From: a bacterium
Lineage (GTDB): Bacteria > Sysuimicrobiota > Sysuimicrobiia > Sysuimicrobiales > Humicultoraceae
Assembly: GCA_050695215.1 (NCBI GenBank)
Contig: JBOGSD010000004.1
Span: 1,864 to 65,863 of the forward strand
Direction of reading: 5' to 3'
Length of the DNA stretch: 64,000 nucleotides
In this document: positions 18,021 to 26,534 of the stretch, one piece after another
Numbering within the stretch: the stretch's first letter is position 1
Layout: every line of letters starts with the position of its first letter
Translations under genes and position numbers: made by a program
Notes under the pieces: generated by a model
What the model was told of the DNA's origin: nothing
Database searches by the model: none
What the model saw: the letters and a program-made list of their open reading frames with translations, nothing else

Positions 18021-21000
18021 TGGAACCATCGGGGATCAAAGCCGCGGGCACTTTCGTCGGGCGGGGGCAGGAACTCGAGGCCCTGCTGGATGGGCTGACC
18101 GACGCCTTCGCCGGGCGGGGGCGCCTTTTCCTCGTCAGCGGCGAACCCGGGATCGGCAAGAGTCGCCTGGCGGACGAATTCGCCGCCCGCGCGCGGGAGC
18201 GCGGCGCTGTCGTTCTTTGGGGACGCTGTTGGGAGGCAGGCGGCGCGCCTGCCTTCTGGCCCTGGGTCCAGTCGATCCGCGCCTATCTGCGCCACCAATC
18301 CCGGGACGTCATCCGGGAGCAATTGGCAGCGGGCGCCGCCGACCTGGCGCAGATGCTGCCCGAGCTGCGGATGCTTCTGCCGGACGTCGTCGCGCCGCCA
18401 TCTGTGGATCCCGACGGGGCCCGGTTCCGCCTCTTCGACGCGACCACGACCTTTTTCCGGAACGCGGCAGCGCAGCAATCGCTGGTTCTCGTCCTCGACG
18501 ACCTCCACGCCGCGGATGCGTCCTCGCTGCTACTGCTGCGTTTCGTCGCGCGCGAGCTGGCAGAGATCCCTCTGCTCATTGTCGGGGCCTATCGGGACCT
18601 GGAGGTCGGTCCCGATCATCCACTCAGCGAAACCCTCTCCCAGCTGATGCGGGAACAGGCCACGCGCCTGCTGCCCTTGACCGGACTGTCCCGCCCCGAA
18701 GCGGCGCGACTTATCGAGATCGCCGCCGGAGCGACGCCACCCGAGGCGCTGGTGGCGGCCCTGCATGCGCAGACGGACGGCAATCCTCTGTTCATGGGGG
18801 AGGTCGTCCGGTTCCTGGCCCACGAGGGCCGGCTGCCCGACGAGCCGTCTCCCGGCCTGGTTCGACTGGCCATTCCCCAGGAAGTACGCGACGTGATCGG
18901 CCGTCGGATCGCCCAACTGTCCGAGGAGTGCGGGTCGCTTCTGACGCTGGCGTCGGTGCTGGGCAGGGAGTTCCATCTCGAAGCGCTCAAGAGGATCAGC
19001 GCCCTGCGCACCGACGAGATGCTGGCCCTCCTCGACCAGGCCTCCGCCGCGCGGCTTGTGGTCGACATCCCTGGGGCGGTGGGCCGCCTCCGTTTCGCGC
19101 ACGCCCTCATGCGTGAATCCTTGTATGAGTCCATCCCACGGGCGCGGCGCGTCACGCTCCACCGGCAGGCCGGCGAAGTGCTGGAATCCCTCTACGCCCC
19201 CGAACTCGAGCCGCACCTCGCCGAACTGGCCCACCACTTTCTCGAAGCCGCCCCCGGCGGCGCTACCGACGCGGCCCTGACCTACGCGCGCCGGGCGGCA
19301 GAGCGGGCCACCAGCCTGCTGGCATATGAGGAGGCTGTCCGCCTCTATCAGATGGCCATCCAGATCCTCGACGCGCCCGGGGCGGGGGACCAGCGCAGCC
19401 GGTGCGACCTGCTCCTGGCGTTGGGTGACGCCCAGATGCGTACCGGCGACACTCCCACGGCGCAGGAGACATTCTTGCAAGCCGCGGCCCTCGCGCGGGA
19501 AGCGAGCTTGCCCGAATACCTGGCCCGAGCGGCCCTCGGCTACGGCGGCAGGTTTGTGTGGGAACGGGGGGACCGCCGCCTGCCTCCCCTCTTGGAGGAC
19601 GCGCTCGCTCATCTGCCCGGGGTGGACAGCGTGCTGCGGGCGCGGTTGCTGGCGCGGCTGGCCGGAGGCCCACTGAGGCACGAACCGTCGGGAGAACGCA
19701 GGGCGGCGCTCAGTCTCCAGGCCCTCGAGATGGCCCGCCGTCTGGGGGATGCGGCCACACTCGCCTACGCCTTGGAATGCCGGGCCATCGCCATCTGGTC
19801 GCCGCGCAACCCGCACGAACGGCGCACCCTCGGGGCTGAATTGATTCGCGTGGCCGGCCCGGCGGGAGACAAGGAACGCGAGTTTCAGGGCCATTCCATC
19901 CGGTACGCCACGCTGTTGGAGTTGGGCGACATGCCTGGGGTTCATGCCGAGCAGGCGGCCATGGAACGATTGGCCGATGAGTTGCGCCAGCCGTCACATC
20001 AATGGTTCGCGGCGGTCAAATCGGCGGGCCTGGCGCTCCTGGCGGGGAGGCTGGATGAAGCGGAACGGCGCATCGAGCGGGCCCTGGCCCTGGGGGAGCG
20101 TGGGGGACAGCGTTTTGCGGTCCCCGCCTTCCGCCTCCAGACGTACATGCTGCGTCAGCAGCAGGGACGGCTGGCGGAGATCGAGGAGGCGGTCAGGCGA
20201 TCGGTAGACGAGTACCCCAGCTTTACCATCTGGCGGTCCGTCCTCGCCCACCTTCAGGCGGAACTGGGCCGGCGGGCGAGTGCGCGGCAGGCCTTCGAAC
20301 AGGTGGCGGGCGATAATTTCGGCTCATTTCCGGAAGACGAGGTCTGGTCCTTGAGCCTGAGCTTTCTGGCCGAGGTAGCGGCGTTTCTCGGTGACAGAGA
20401 GCGGGCCGCGACACTCTATCAGCTCCTCCTGCCGTATGCCGCGCAAAACACACTCAGCGCACCGGAGGGCAGCACGGGGTCGATCTCGCGGCCCCTGGGC
20501 ATCCTGGCCTCGACGCTGCAGCGATGGGATGAAGCGGCCGGCCATTTCCAGGAGGCGCTTCAGATGAACGAACATATCGGCGCTCCCTCCTGGATGGCTC
20601 GTACGCAATACGATTACGCCCGCATGCTCCTGGCCCGCGATGGACCGGAAGACCGTGGCAGGGCCGCCGACCTTCTCACCCTCGCAGGGGCGACCTCCTC
20701 GGAGCTGGACCTGCATGCTCTCAGCAACCGGATCTCCCCAATCCTGGAGCAGCTGAGGGGGGTCGCGGCCCGCCCTTCGGCCCCGGCGCAAGACGCTGCG
20801 GTGATCTCGGGCGAGTTCCGGCGGGAAGGCGAATACTGGTCGATCAGTTACGGCACCGAGAGTTTCAGGCTGAAAGACTCAAAGGGGCTCCGATACATCG
20901 CCCGGCTCCTGGGCGAACCGGGCCGTGAGTTCCACTCGCTCGACCTCGTTGCCGCAGAGGCTCAACAAGAAGCCCTTCCTGCCCGATCGCCCGGGGAGCG

Positions 21001-21400
21001 GTTGGACGCACTCGGGCTGCACGCCGGGCTCGGGGACGCAGGGGCCCTCCTGGATCCCCAGGCCAAAGCCGCCTACCGGCGCCGGCTGGACGAACTGGAA
21101 GACGATCTGCAGGAGGCGGAGGCGTGGAACGACCCTGAACGAGCAGCACGAATTCGTGAGGAGAAAGGCTTCCTGGCACGCGAACTCGCCGCGGCCGTGG
21201 GGATCGGCGGACGGGACCGCCGGGCAGCGTCGGCCTCCGAGCGGGCTCGCGTCAGTGTCACCCGGGCTATCAAAGGCGCCCTGTTGCGGATTGGAGAGCA
21301 AAGCCCCGGGCTCGGCCGCGATCTGGCGTCGACCGTCAAGACAGGCACCTATTGTTCCTATCGTCCGGATCCCCGGCTGCCTATCGCCTGGCGTCTCTGA
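18020..21400 (+). CDS. Large P-loop NTPase (AAA_16/STAND-like N-terminal ATPase followed by ~900 aa of helical/TPR-like repeats)
   Basis: ATG at 18020 overlaps the methyltransferase stop (TAATG). FVGRGQELEALLDGL...GRLFLVSGEPGIGKSRLADEF...LVLVLDDLHAADASS is a Walker A/B AAA_16-type module. The rest is Ala/Leu/Arg-rich helical repeats. No canonical LuxR HTH is recognisable at the C-terminus. Confidence 0.8.
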   Translation: MEPSGIKAAGTFVGRGQELEALLDGLTDAFAGRGRLFLVSGEPGIGKSRLADEFAARARERGAVVLWGRCWEAGGAPAFWPWVQSIRAYLRHQSRDVIREQLAAGAADLAQMLPELRMLLPDVVAPPSVDPDGARFRLFDATTTFFRNAAAQQSLVLVLDDLHAADASSLLLLRFVARELAEIPLLIVGAYRDLEVGPDHPLSETLSQLMREQATRLLPLTGLSRPEAARLIEIAAGATPPEALVAALHAQTDGNPLFMGEVVRFLAHEGRLPDEPSPGLVRLAIPQEVRDVIGRRIAQLSEECGSLLTLASVLGREFHLEALKRISALRTDEMLALLDQASAARLVVDIPGAVGRLRFAHALMRESLYESIPRARRVTLHRQAGEVLESLYAPELEPHLAELAHHFLEAAPGGATDAALTYARRAAERATSLLAYEEAVRLYQMAIQILDAPGAGDQRSRCDLLLALGDAQMRTGDTPTAQETFLQAAALAREASLPEYLARAALGYGGRFVWERGDRRLPPLLEDALAHLPGVDSVLRARLLARLAGGPLRHEPSGERRAALSLQALEMARRLGDAATLAYALECRAIAIWSPRNPHERRTLGAELIRVAGPAGDKEREFQGHSIRYATLLELGDMPGVHAEQAAMERLADELRQPSHQWFAAVKSAGLALLAGRLDEAERRIERALALGERGGQRFAVPAFRLQTYMLRQQQGRLAEIEEAVRRSVDEYPSFTIWRSVLAHLQAELGRRASARQAFEQVAGDNFGSFPEDEVWSLSLSFLAEVAAFLGDRERAATLYQLLLPYAAQNTLSAPEGSTGSISRPLGILASTLQRWDEAAGHFQEALQMNEHIGAPSWMARTQYDYARMLLARDGPEDRGRAADLLTLAGATSSELDLHALSNRISPILEQLRGVAARPSAPAQDAAVISGEFRREGEYWSISYGTESFRLKDSKGLRYIARLLGEPGREFHSLDLVAAEAQQEALPARSPGERLDALGLHAGLGDAGALLDPQAKAAYRRRLDELEDDLQEAEAWNDPERAARIREEKGFLARELAAAVGIGGRDRRAASASERARVSVTRAIKGALLRIGEQSPGLGRDLASTVKTGTYCSYRPDPRLPIAWRL

Positions 21401-21491
21401 CCTCACTGCACCAGGAAGCGAACGTCGTTCCCTGAAATCTCACGCCTCTCCCGGTGGACATGACCGCGCGCACTCTTGACGTACGGGAGGA

Positions 21492-21908
21492 ATGGTCGTG
21501 GTAGGTCGTGACACCCGCTACATCCTTGAGGCGTATCTGGAGTCTCACGACCCCGGGTACTATGCGGAAGACGCCGTCTATACCGTCGTCGCTTTGGACC
21601 AGCAGTTTCGCGGTCGGGAGGCGATCGCGACGATCCTCGATCTCTATTACCGGACCGCCTTTTCCCCAGTTTGGACAGAAATCCGCCATACCGTTATCGG
21701 CCTGGATGGTGGCCTCGCGGTCGTCGAGTTCACCTTCAACGGACGCCACGCGGCAAAATTCCTGAACGTACCCGCGAGTGGTCGGAGCGTGGAAGTTCCG
21801 ATGGTCGGGATGTACGAGTTCAGGGATGGGAAGATCACGAAGACCCGGCTCTACTACGACAGCGCGGATTTCCTGCGCCAGGTGGGGGCGGGAGCAGTGG
21901 GCCGGTGA
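21492..21908 (+). CDS. SnoaL-like / NTF2-like superfamily protein
   Basis: 138 aa, ...YAEDAVYTVVALDQQFRGREAI...GRSVEVPMVGMYEFRDGKITKTRLYYD is typical of SnoaL/ketosteroid-isomerase-like proteins. An alternative GTG start at 21498 has better RBS spacing. Confidence 0.65.
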   Translation: MVVVGRDTRYILEAYLESHDPGYYAEDAVYTVVALDQQFRGREAIATILDLYYRTAFSPVWTEIRHTVIGLDGGLAVVEFTFNGRHAAKFLNVPASGRSVEVPMVGMYEFRDGKITKTRLYYDSADFLRQVGAGAVGR

Positions 21909-22018
21909 ACTCTCGCCTGATCCCACTGCACATTGTTCCGCAGTTTCTTACGCCTCTGTCCTCAGAAGACCGAGATGATCTGATGCGGGACACGAGACAG
22001 GCTGGAGGAGGGAGTCAG

Positions 22019-22567
22019 ATGGTAGGGAGACCGCTACGAGTCCGCACGAACCGCCGGGTCATTGGGCGGCTGGTCATGATTGGCCTGCTGGGGGCGGGGA
22101 TCTTGGGGTCAGCGCCCTCTGCATTTGCAAGCCATACGGGGCTGCTCTTCGGGGCCTCCACGCGCCTCAACGTGATCATGACCGAGTATCAGTTCACGCC
22201 CTCCCGGATCACGCTGCAGGCGGGCCAGTCGGTCGACATCATCCTCGAGAACAAAGGCATCCTCTCCCACGTGTTCATGGTCTACCCCAAGCCCAAGACG
22301 CCTTACAAGGGCGTGGGGGACTGGTGGGAGTATGCGCTGGCCCAGACGTACTTCCAGGGCATCGGGGAGATCACCGTGCACACTCAGCGGGAGGTCACTG
22401 TGGACGCCACACGCGTCGCCGGAGTCTCGTTGGAGCCCGGCAAGCGGGTGACCCTGACCTTCACCCCGACGAAGAAGGGCACGTTCGAGATCGGCTGCCA
22501 GCTCTCTACGGCCGCGGGAACGACGCACTTCAAAGCCGGGATGGGCGGGCTCTTCGTCGTGAAGTAG
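22019..22567 (+). CDS. Secreted cupredoxin (blue copper) domain protein
   Basis: Internal ATG at 22019 after GGAGGAGGGAG. Signal-like N-terminus (RVIGRLVMIGLLGAGILGSAPSAFA). Cu-ligand pattern H(SHVFMV)...C(EIGCQLS)...H(TTHF)...M(AGM). Confidence 0.7.
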   Translation: MVGRPLRVRTNRRVIGRLVMIGLLGAGILGSAPSAFASHTGLLFGASTRLNVIMTEYQFTPSRITLQAGQSVDIILENKGILSHVFMVYPKPKTPYKGVGDWWEYALAQTYFQGIGEITVHTQREVTVDATRVAGVSLEPGKRVTLTFTPTKKGTFEIGCQLSTAAGTTHFKAGMGGLFVVK

Positions 22568-22586
22568 CCGGGCGAAGCGCTCTGAG

Positions 22587-23525
22587 TCAGGCGACGATGC
22601 GGGTCCCGGTCTCCCCGGCCAGGGCCCGCTCGATCTTCTCGGGAGAGGTAATCAGCACTTCCTTTCCGCCGGCCTGGAGGTAGTCGATCGCCGCCTCGAT
22701 CTTGGGGCCCATACTGCCGGGCGGGAACTGCCCCTCGGCCAGGTAGCGCCGGGCCTCGGCGAGGGTCACGCGCTCCAGGGCGCGCTCGTCCGGTTTCCTA
22801 TAGTTGAGGGCCACCCGCTCTACCGCCGTGGAGATGAGCAGGAGGTCGGCACGGATCGTGCGGGCCAGCAAGCTGCTGGCGTGATCTTTGTCGATCACCG
22901 CCTCGACGCCGCGCAGAGCGCCGTCTTCGCGGACGACCGGGACGCCCCCGCCGCCCACGCCGACGACGACGAAGCCCGCGGCCAGCAAGGTCGTGATGGC
23001 GTCCGTCTCCAGAATCTCCAGCGGCCGCGGCGAGGGTACCACCCGCCGCCACCCGCGTCCGGCGTCTTCAACCACGCTCCAACCGCGCTCGCCGCGGTAG
23101 CGATCCGCCTGTTCCTGGGTGTAGAAGGGGCCGATCGGTTTGGTCGGTTTCTGAAAGGCCGGATCCTCGCGGTCCACCACCACGCGGGTGACCACGGCGG
23201 CGGTGCGCCGGCGCACGTTCAACCGCGCCATCGCCGCGTCGAGGGCGACCTGGGCCATGTATCCGATCGCCCCCTGCGTATCGGCCCCGCAGAGGTCCAG
23301 GGGCACCGTGTGCAGGACGTGGCTGGCCAGTTCGGAACGCAGCAGGATGAACCCGACCTGCGGGCCGTTCCCGTGGGTGATGACGACGTCCCAGCCGCCC
23401 GCCACCATCGCCGCGATGTGTACGCACGTCTCGGTGATGGCCTCCCATTGGTCCGGAACGGATTGATGCTGCGGACTCTTGATCAGCGAGTTCCCGCCGA
23501 TGGCGACGACCGCGAGACGGGCCAT
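22587..23525 (-). CDS. arcC: Carbamate kinase
   Basis: 312 aa starting MARLAVVAIGGNSL...VITHGNGPQVG, with a ...GGGGVPVV... region: canonical carbamate kinase. Confidence 0.9.
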   Translation of the reverse strand: MARLAVVAIGGNSLIKSPQHQSVPDQWEAITETCVHIAAMVAGGWDVVITHGNGPQVGFILLRSELASHVLHTVPLDLCGADTQGAIGYMAQVALDAAMARLNVRRRTAAVVTRVVVDREDPAFQKPTKPIGPFYTQEQADRYRGERGWSVVEDAGRGWRRVVPSPRPLEILETDAITTLLAAGFVVVGVGGGGVPVVREDGALRGVEAVIDKDHASSLLARTIRADLLLISTAVERVALNYRKPDERALERVTLAEARRYLAEGQFPPGSMGPKIEAAIDYLQAGGKEVLITSPEKIERALAGETGTRIVA

Positions 23526-23544
23526 GCCTCCTCCTTCTCTTCAG

Positions 23545-24969
23545 TCAGGCTGTCATCTCCACGCCGGCGCGGCCACGACCCCCGCTGAGTCCCCAGGAGA
23601 CGACCGCCACCGCGAGTGCGACGAGTGCCATCCCCCCGAAGCCGGCGGCCACGGCGTTCATAGTGGCGGCGGTCCCCAACAGAACCCCAGCCACTGAGGC
23701 GCCCAGAACACCGCCCACGTAGCGGCTCGTCAGGTAGGCGCCCGCCGCCATCCCGGTGGAGCTGTCCGGCACACTCTCGACCGCCGCGGTCTGGCGCGAC
23801 GGGCCACTCAGCCCGAACCCCACGCCGATGAGGCCAAGCAGGAAGCCTACCTGCCAGATGGTCGCGTCACCGGCCCACCACCATAGGGCTGCCAGACCCG
23901 CGGCCATACACAGGCTCCCCGTGACGGCGGGAGCCCTCCGTCCTAGCCGGTCGGAGAGACGACCACCTAGTGGCGCGATCAAGGCGCTCAGTCCCGAGAT
24001 GGCGAGCAGCGCCGTGCCGCTCGCCGTCGGGGAGGCACCCATCAACGTCTGGGTGAGAATTGGAATCAGGATCAACGTCGCGTGCAAAATCACAGTAGCC
24101 CCGAGGACCGCGGTGACGGCAGACGCAAAGGGGCGCCGACGAAAGAGCCGGAGGTCGATCGCCGGTTCGGCTGTGCGCAACTCGTGCCTGACGAACCAGC
24201 CGAGGAACACCGGAAAGGCGGCCGCGCCCCACCATCGCCACCCATTCTGGCTGCGCAGACCCGAGATCGCACCGACCAATACCAGCACAGAGGTCGAGAG
24301 CAAGATCAGACCGGTGAGGTCGAGGGGGCGTGTTGTGACGTTGCGTGCACCCCGCGGCACGACCGCGCTGACCAGAAGGATGGCCACCAGCGCCAGGGGG
24401 ATCGCCACGCCGAAGAGGGATCGCCATCCGAAGCCGGCGACCAGCACGCCCCCGACGAACGGCCCCACTGCCGCGCTCGTGGAGATCAGCATGTCGAACA
24501 GACCAAAACTGCCGCCGCGGCGATCGGCCGGGCTGAGCCGGCGCACCAGGGAGAGCGCGTTGGCGCTGATCGAGGCTCCGGTAGCCGCCTGCAACACCCG
24601 TGCCACGACCAGCACGGGAAAGGACCAGGCCAGCGCGGCGACCAGCGAGGTGAGAGCGAAAGCCCCCACGCCCAGCAAAAACATGCGGCGGTGTCCAAAC
24701 CGGTCTCCCAGCGTGCCGCTCGCCGGCAGCGCGAGGGCTACCGTCGCCAGATAGAGCGTGACAAGCCAGGAGACGGTTCCTGCCCCGACGCCGAGCTCGC
24801 GCATGATGCTCGGTAGCGCAACCGCGAGCATCGTCGAGTTGAGCGGAATGAGAATCGACCCCGATGCCACGCCTAGCAGCGCGATCCCCCAGGCGCGCGG
24901 GGGTTCTGCCGCGGAGACCGCCGCCCCGATCCGTACGGCCTCAACGCCTACCGCATCGGGGCGGATCAC
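23545..24969 (-). CDS. MFS transporter, DHA2 (EmrB/QacA-like, 14-TMS) drug:H+ antiporter family
   Basis: GTG start at 24967-24969 overlaps the stop of the upstream PEP-utilizer gene (GTGA). The first TM segment begins GIALLGVASGSILIPLNSTMLAVALPSIMRELG, typical of DHA2. The ORF-track extension upstream of the GTG is Arg-rich. Confidence 0.8.
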   Translation of the reverse strand: MIRPDAVGVEAVRIGAAVSAAEPPRAWGIALLGVASGSILIPLNSTMLAVALPSIMRELGVGAGTVSWLVTLYLATVALALPASGTLGDRFGHRRMFLLGVGAFALTSLVAALAWSFPVLVVARVLQAATGASISANALSLVRRLSPADRRGGSFGLFDMLISTSAAVGPFVGGVLVAGFGWRSLFGVAIPLALVAILLVSAVVPRGARNVTTRPLDLTGLILLSTSVLVLVGAISGLRSQNGWRWWGAAAFPVFLGWFVRHELRTAEPAIDLRLFRRRPFASAVTAVLGATVILHATLILIPILTQTLMGASPTASGTALLAISGLSALIAPLGGRLSDRLGRRAPAVTGSLCMAAGLAALWWWAGDATIWQVGFLLGLIGVGFGLSGPSRQTAAVESVPDSSTGMAAGAYLTSRYVGGVLGASVAGVLLGTAATMNAVAAGFGGMALVALAVAVVSWGLSGGRGRAGVEMTA

Positions 24970-26534
24970 AGCAGCCTGACCTCTCCGGCCGTCCCGTCTA
25001 CCTCCACCATCTGGCCGTCGGCGATGACGCGCGTGGCGATTCCCGTGCCTACGACCGCCGGTAACCCATACTCGCGGGCCACGACGGCGCAATGGGAGAG
25101 TACTCCCCCGGTGTCGGTCACGATGGCCGAGGCGACGTCGAAGAGCGTGACCCATGACGCGTTGGTCGTCGTGCAGACCAGCACATCTCCTGGACGAATC
25201 CGGCCAGCCATCTCCAGATGGGTGACCACGCGCGCTGGGCCGCTCCTCACGCCAGGGGAGGCGGCCAGCCCCCGGATCACGCCGGCGGTAGTCTGCGCCT
25301 GAGGCGCTCCAAAGAAGCGTCGCTGGTACCGTAAGACCTGGTCTGCCCTCCCGGCTCCGTCAGACGGCGGGGCGCCCAGCCGCGCCGGCGGATCCAGCGT
25401 CTGCCACCGCGCGAACTCCGCCCTCCGGGCTGCGGCCTGCTGGCGGAGGTCGGTCGGGGCGCGCAGCGCAGCGGTCACCTGGTTGAGTGTCAGGAAGAAG
25501 ATGTCGTCCTCGTGCTCGATCACATCGCGGCGGACGAGCCTAGCGCCGACTGCCAGGGCGAGCCGTCGCCTTCGCCACAGGACACTTCGGTCGATGTGGA
25601 AGTGGTGGTCTTCACTGAGGATCACACCGACCCGGGCCTGGTCGTGAAGCTGGTCGAATCTTCGCCGAGCCTCCTCAGCCAACTGGGAGCGGGCCTCCGC
25701 CAGGGCGACCTCGCGGTCGCGAGCCTGTCGGGCCCTTCGTTCGCGGGTGTCTTCCTGGCGCCCGGCCCGCTCCACGATCTCCGCGAAGAGGCGATGGGGG
25801 GCATCAACCCACGAGGCGCCGAAGGCGTCGCCCTGGTCTGCGCCGAGGACGCCGTATGCCGCGAGAAAGGCCCGGAGGCGGGACGCAAGCGGACCAGAAC
25901 TGGATAGATCCTCCAGGGTACGGGCGTGCCGGAGAAGGGGCAGCAGTCCCTCGGCCGCCACGAACCGGGCCAGGTCGTCGAGGGCGCCCGCGGCCTCGGT
26001 GGTCCTGTTGCCGTAGCCTTGAAGGAGGCGCGCGGCCTCGAGGTCGGTGGCTCCGGGGAAGAGTTCTGCAAAGTGATCGAGGAAGAGGTTGATCGCCATG
26101 TAGGCCGGTGTCACAAGGAAGTGCAGCTCCCAGATGCGGGCCATGCGGTCCAGCGCCCAGCCGAGGTGGTCCAGGAGGGCCGCCTCGTCTGCAGCGTCGG
26201 CGTCGAAGGCGTCCATCGCGGCGTAGATCCTCAAGATCTCAGGAAGATACTGGTCCTCCCAATCCCGTCCAAGGGTGGCCGCCGCCTCCACTTCGTTCAG
26301 CCGCGCGGCGGCGGGGGCGTCTACGGGTTCCTGGGCGCCGTAGGAGAAACCGTTGACGTATTGGGTAAGGTGCCGAAAAGGCCGGCCGAAGGCGGCATGC
26401 GCCCGATTCGCCCCTTCTGTGGGCAGCATCCCGAGATCCTGGCCAAGCGGCGGGACGGGCCGAGGGTTGTGCACTCTCCCTAGCGACCAGGCCAGGGCGG
26501 CGCGCGTCACTTCCCAGGTAACCTCGCCGCTCAT
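24966..26534 (-). CDS. PEP-utilizer mobile (phosphohistidine swivel) domain protein, paralog A; rifampin-phosphotransferase-like but lacking an ATP-grasp domain
   Basis: C-terminal ~95 aa ...PGDVLVCTTTNASWVTLFDVASAIVTDTGGVLSHCAVVAREYGLPAVVGTG... matches the PEP-utilizers domain with the catalytic His. N-terminal ~430 aa are helical and carry no PPDK_N/ATP-grasp motifs. Its ATG overlaps the stop of paralog B. Confidence 0.8.
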   Translation of the reverse strand: MSGEVTWEVTRAALAWSLGRVHNPRPVPPLGQDLGMLPTEGANRAHAAFGRPFRHLTQYVNGFSYGAQEPVDAPAAARLNEVEAAATLGRDWEDQYLPEILRIYAAMDAFDADAADEAALLDHLGWALDRMARIWELHFLVTPAYMAINLFLDHFAELFPGATDLEAARLLQGYGNRTTEAAGALDDLARFVAAEGLLPLLRHARTLEDLSSSGPLASRLRAFLAAYGVLGADQGDAFGASWVDAPHRLFAEIVERAGRQEDTRERRARQARDREVALAEARSQLAEEARRRFDQLHDQARVGVILSEDHHFHIDRSVLWRRRRLALAVGARLVRRDVIEHEDDIFFLTLNQVTAALRAPTDLRQQAAARRAEFARWQTLDPPARLGAPPSDGAGRADQVLRYQRRFFGAPQAQTTAGVIRGLAASPGVRSGPARVVTHLEMAGRIRPGDVLVCTTTNASWVTLFDVASAIVTDTGGVLSHCAVVAREYGLPAVVGTGIATRVIADGQMVEVDGTAGEVRLL

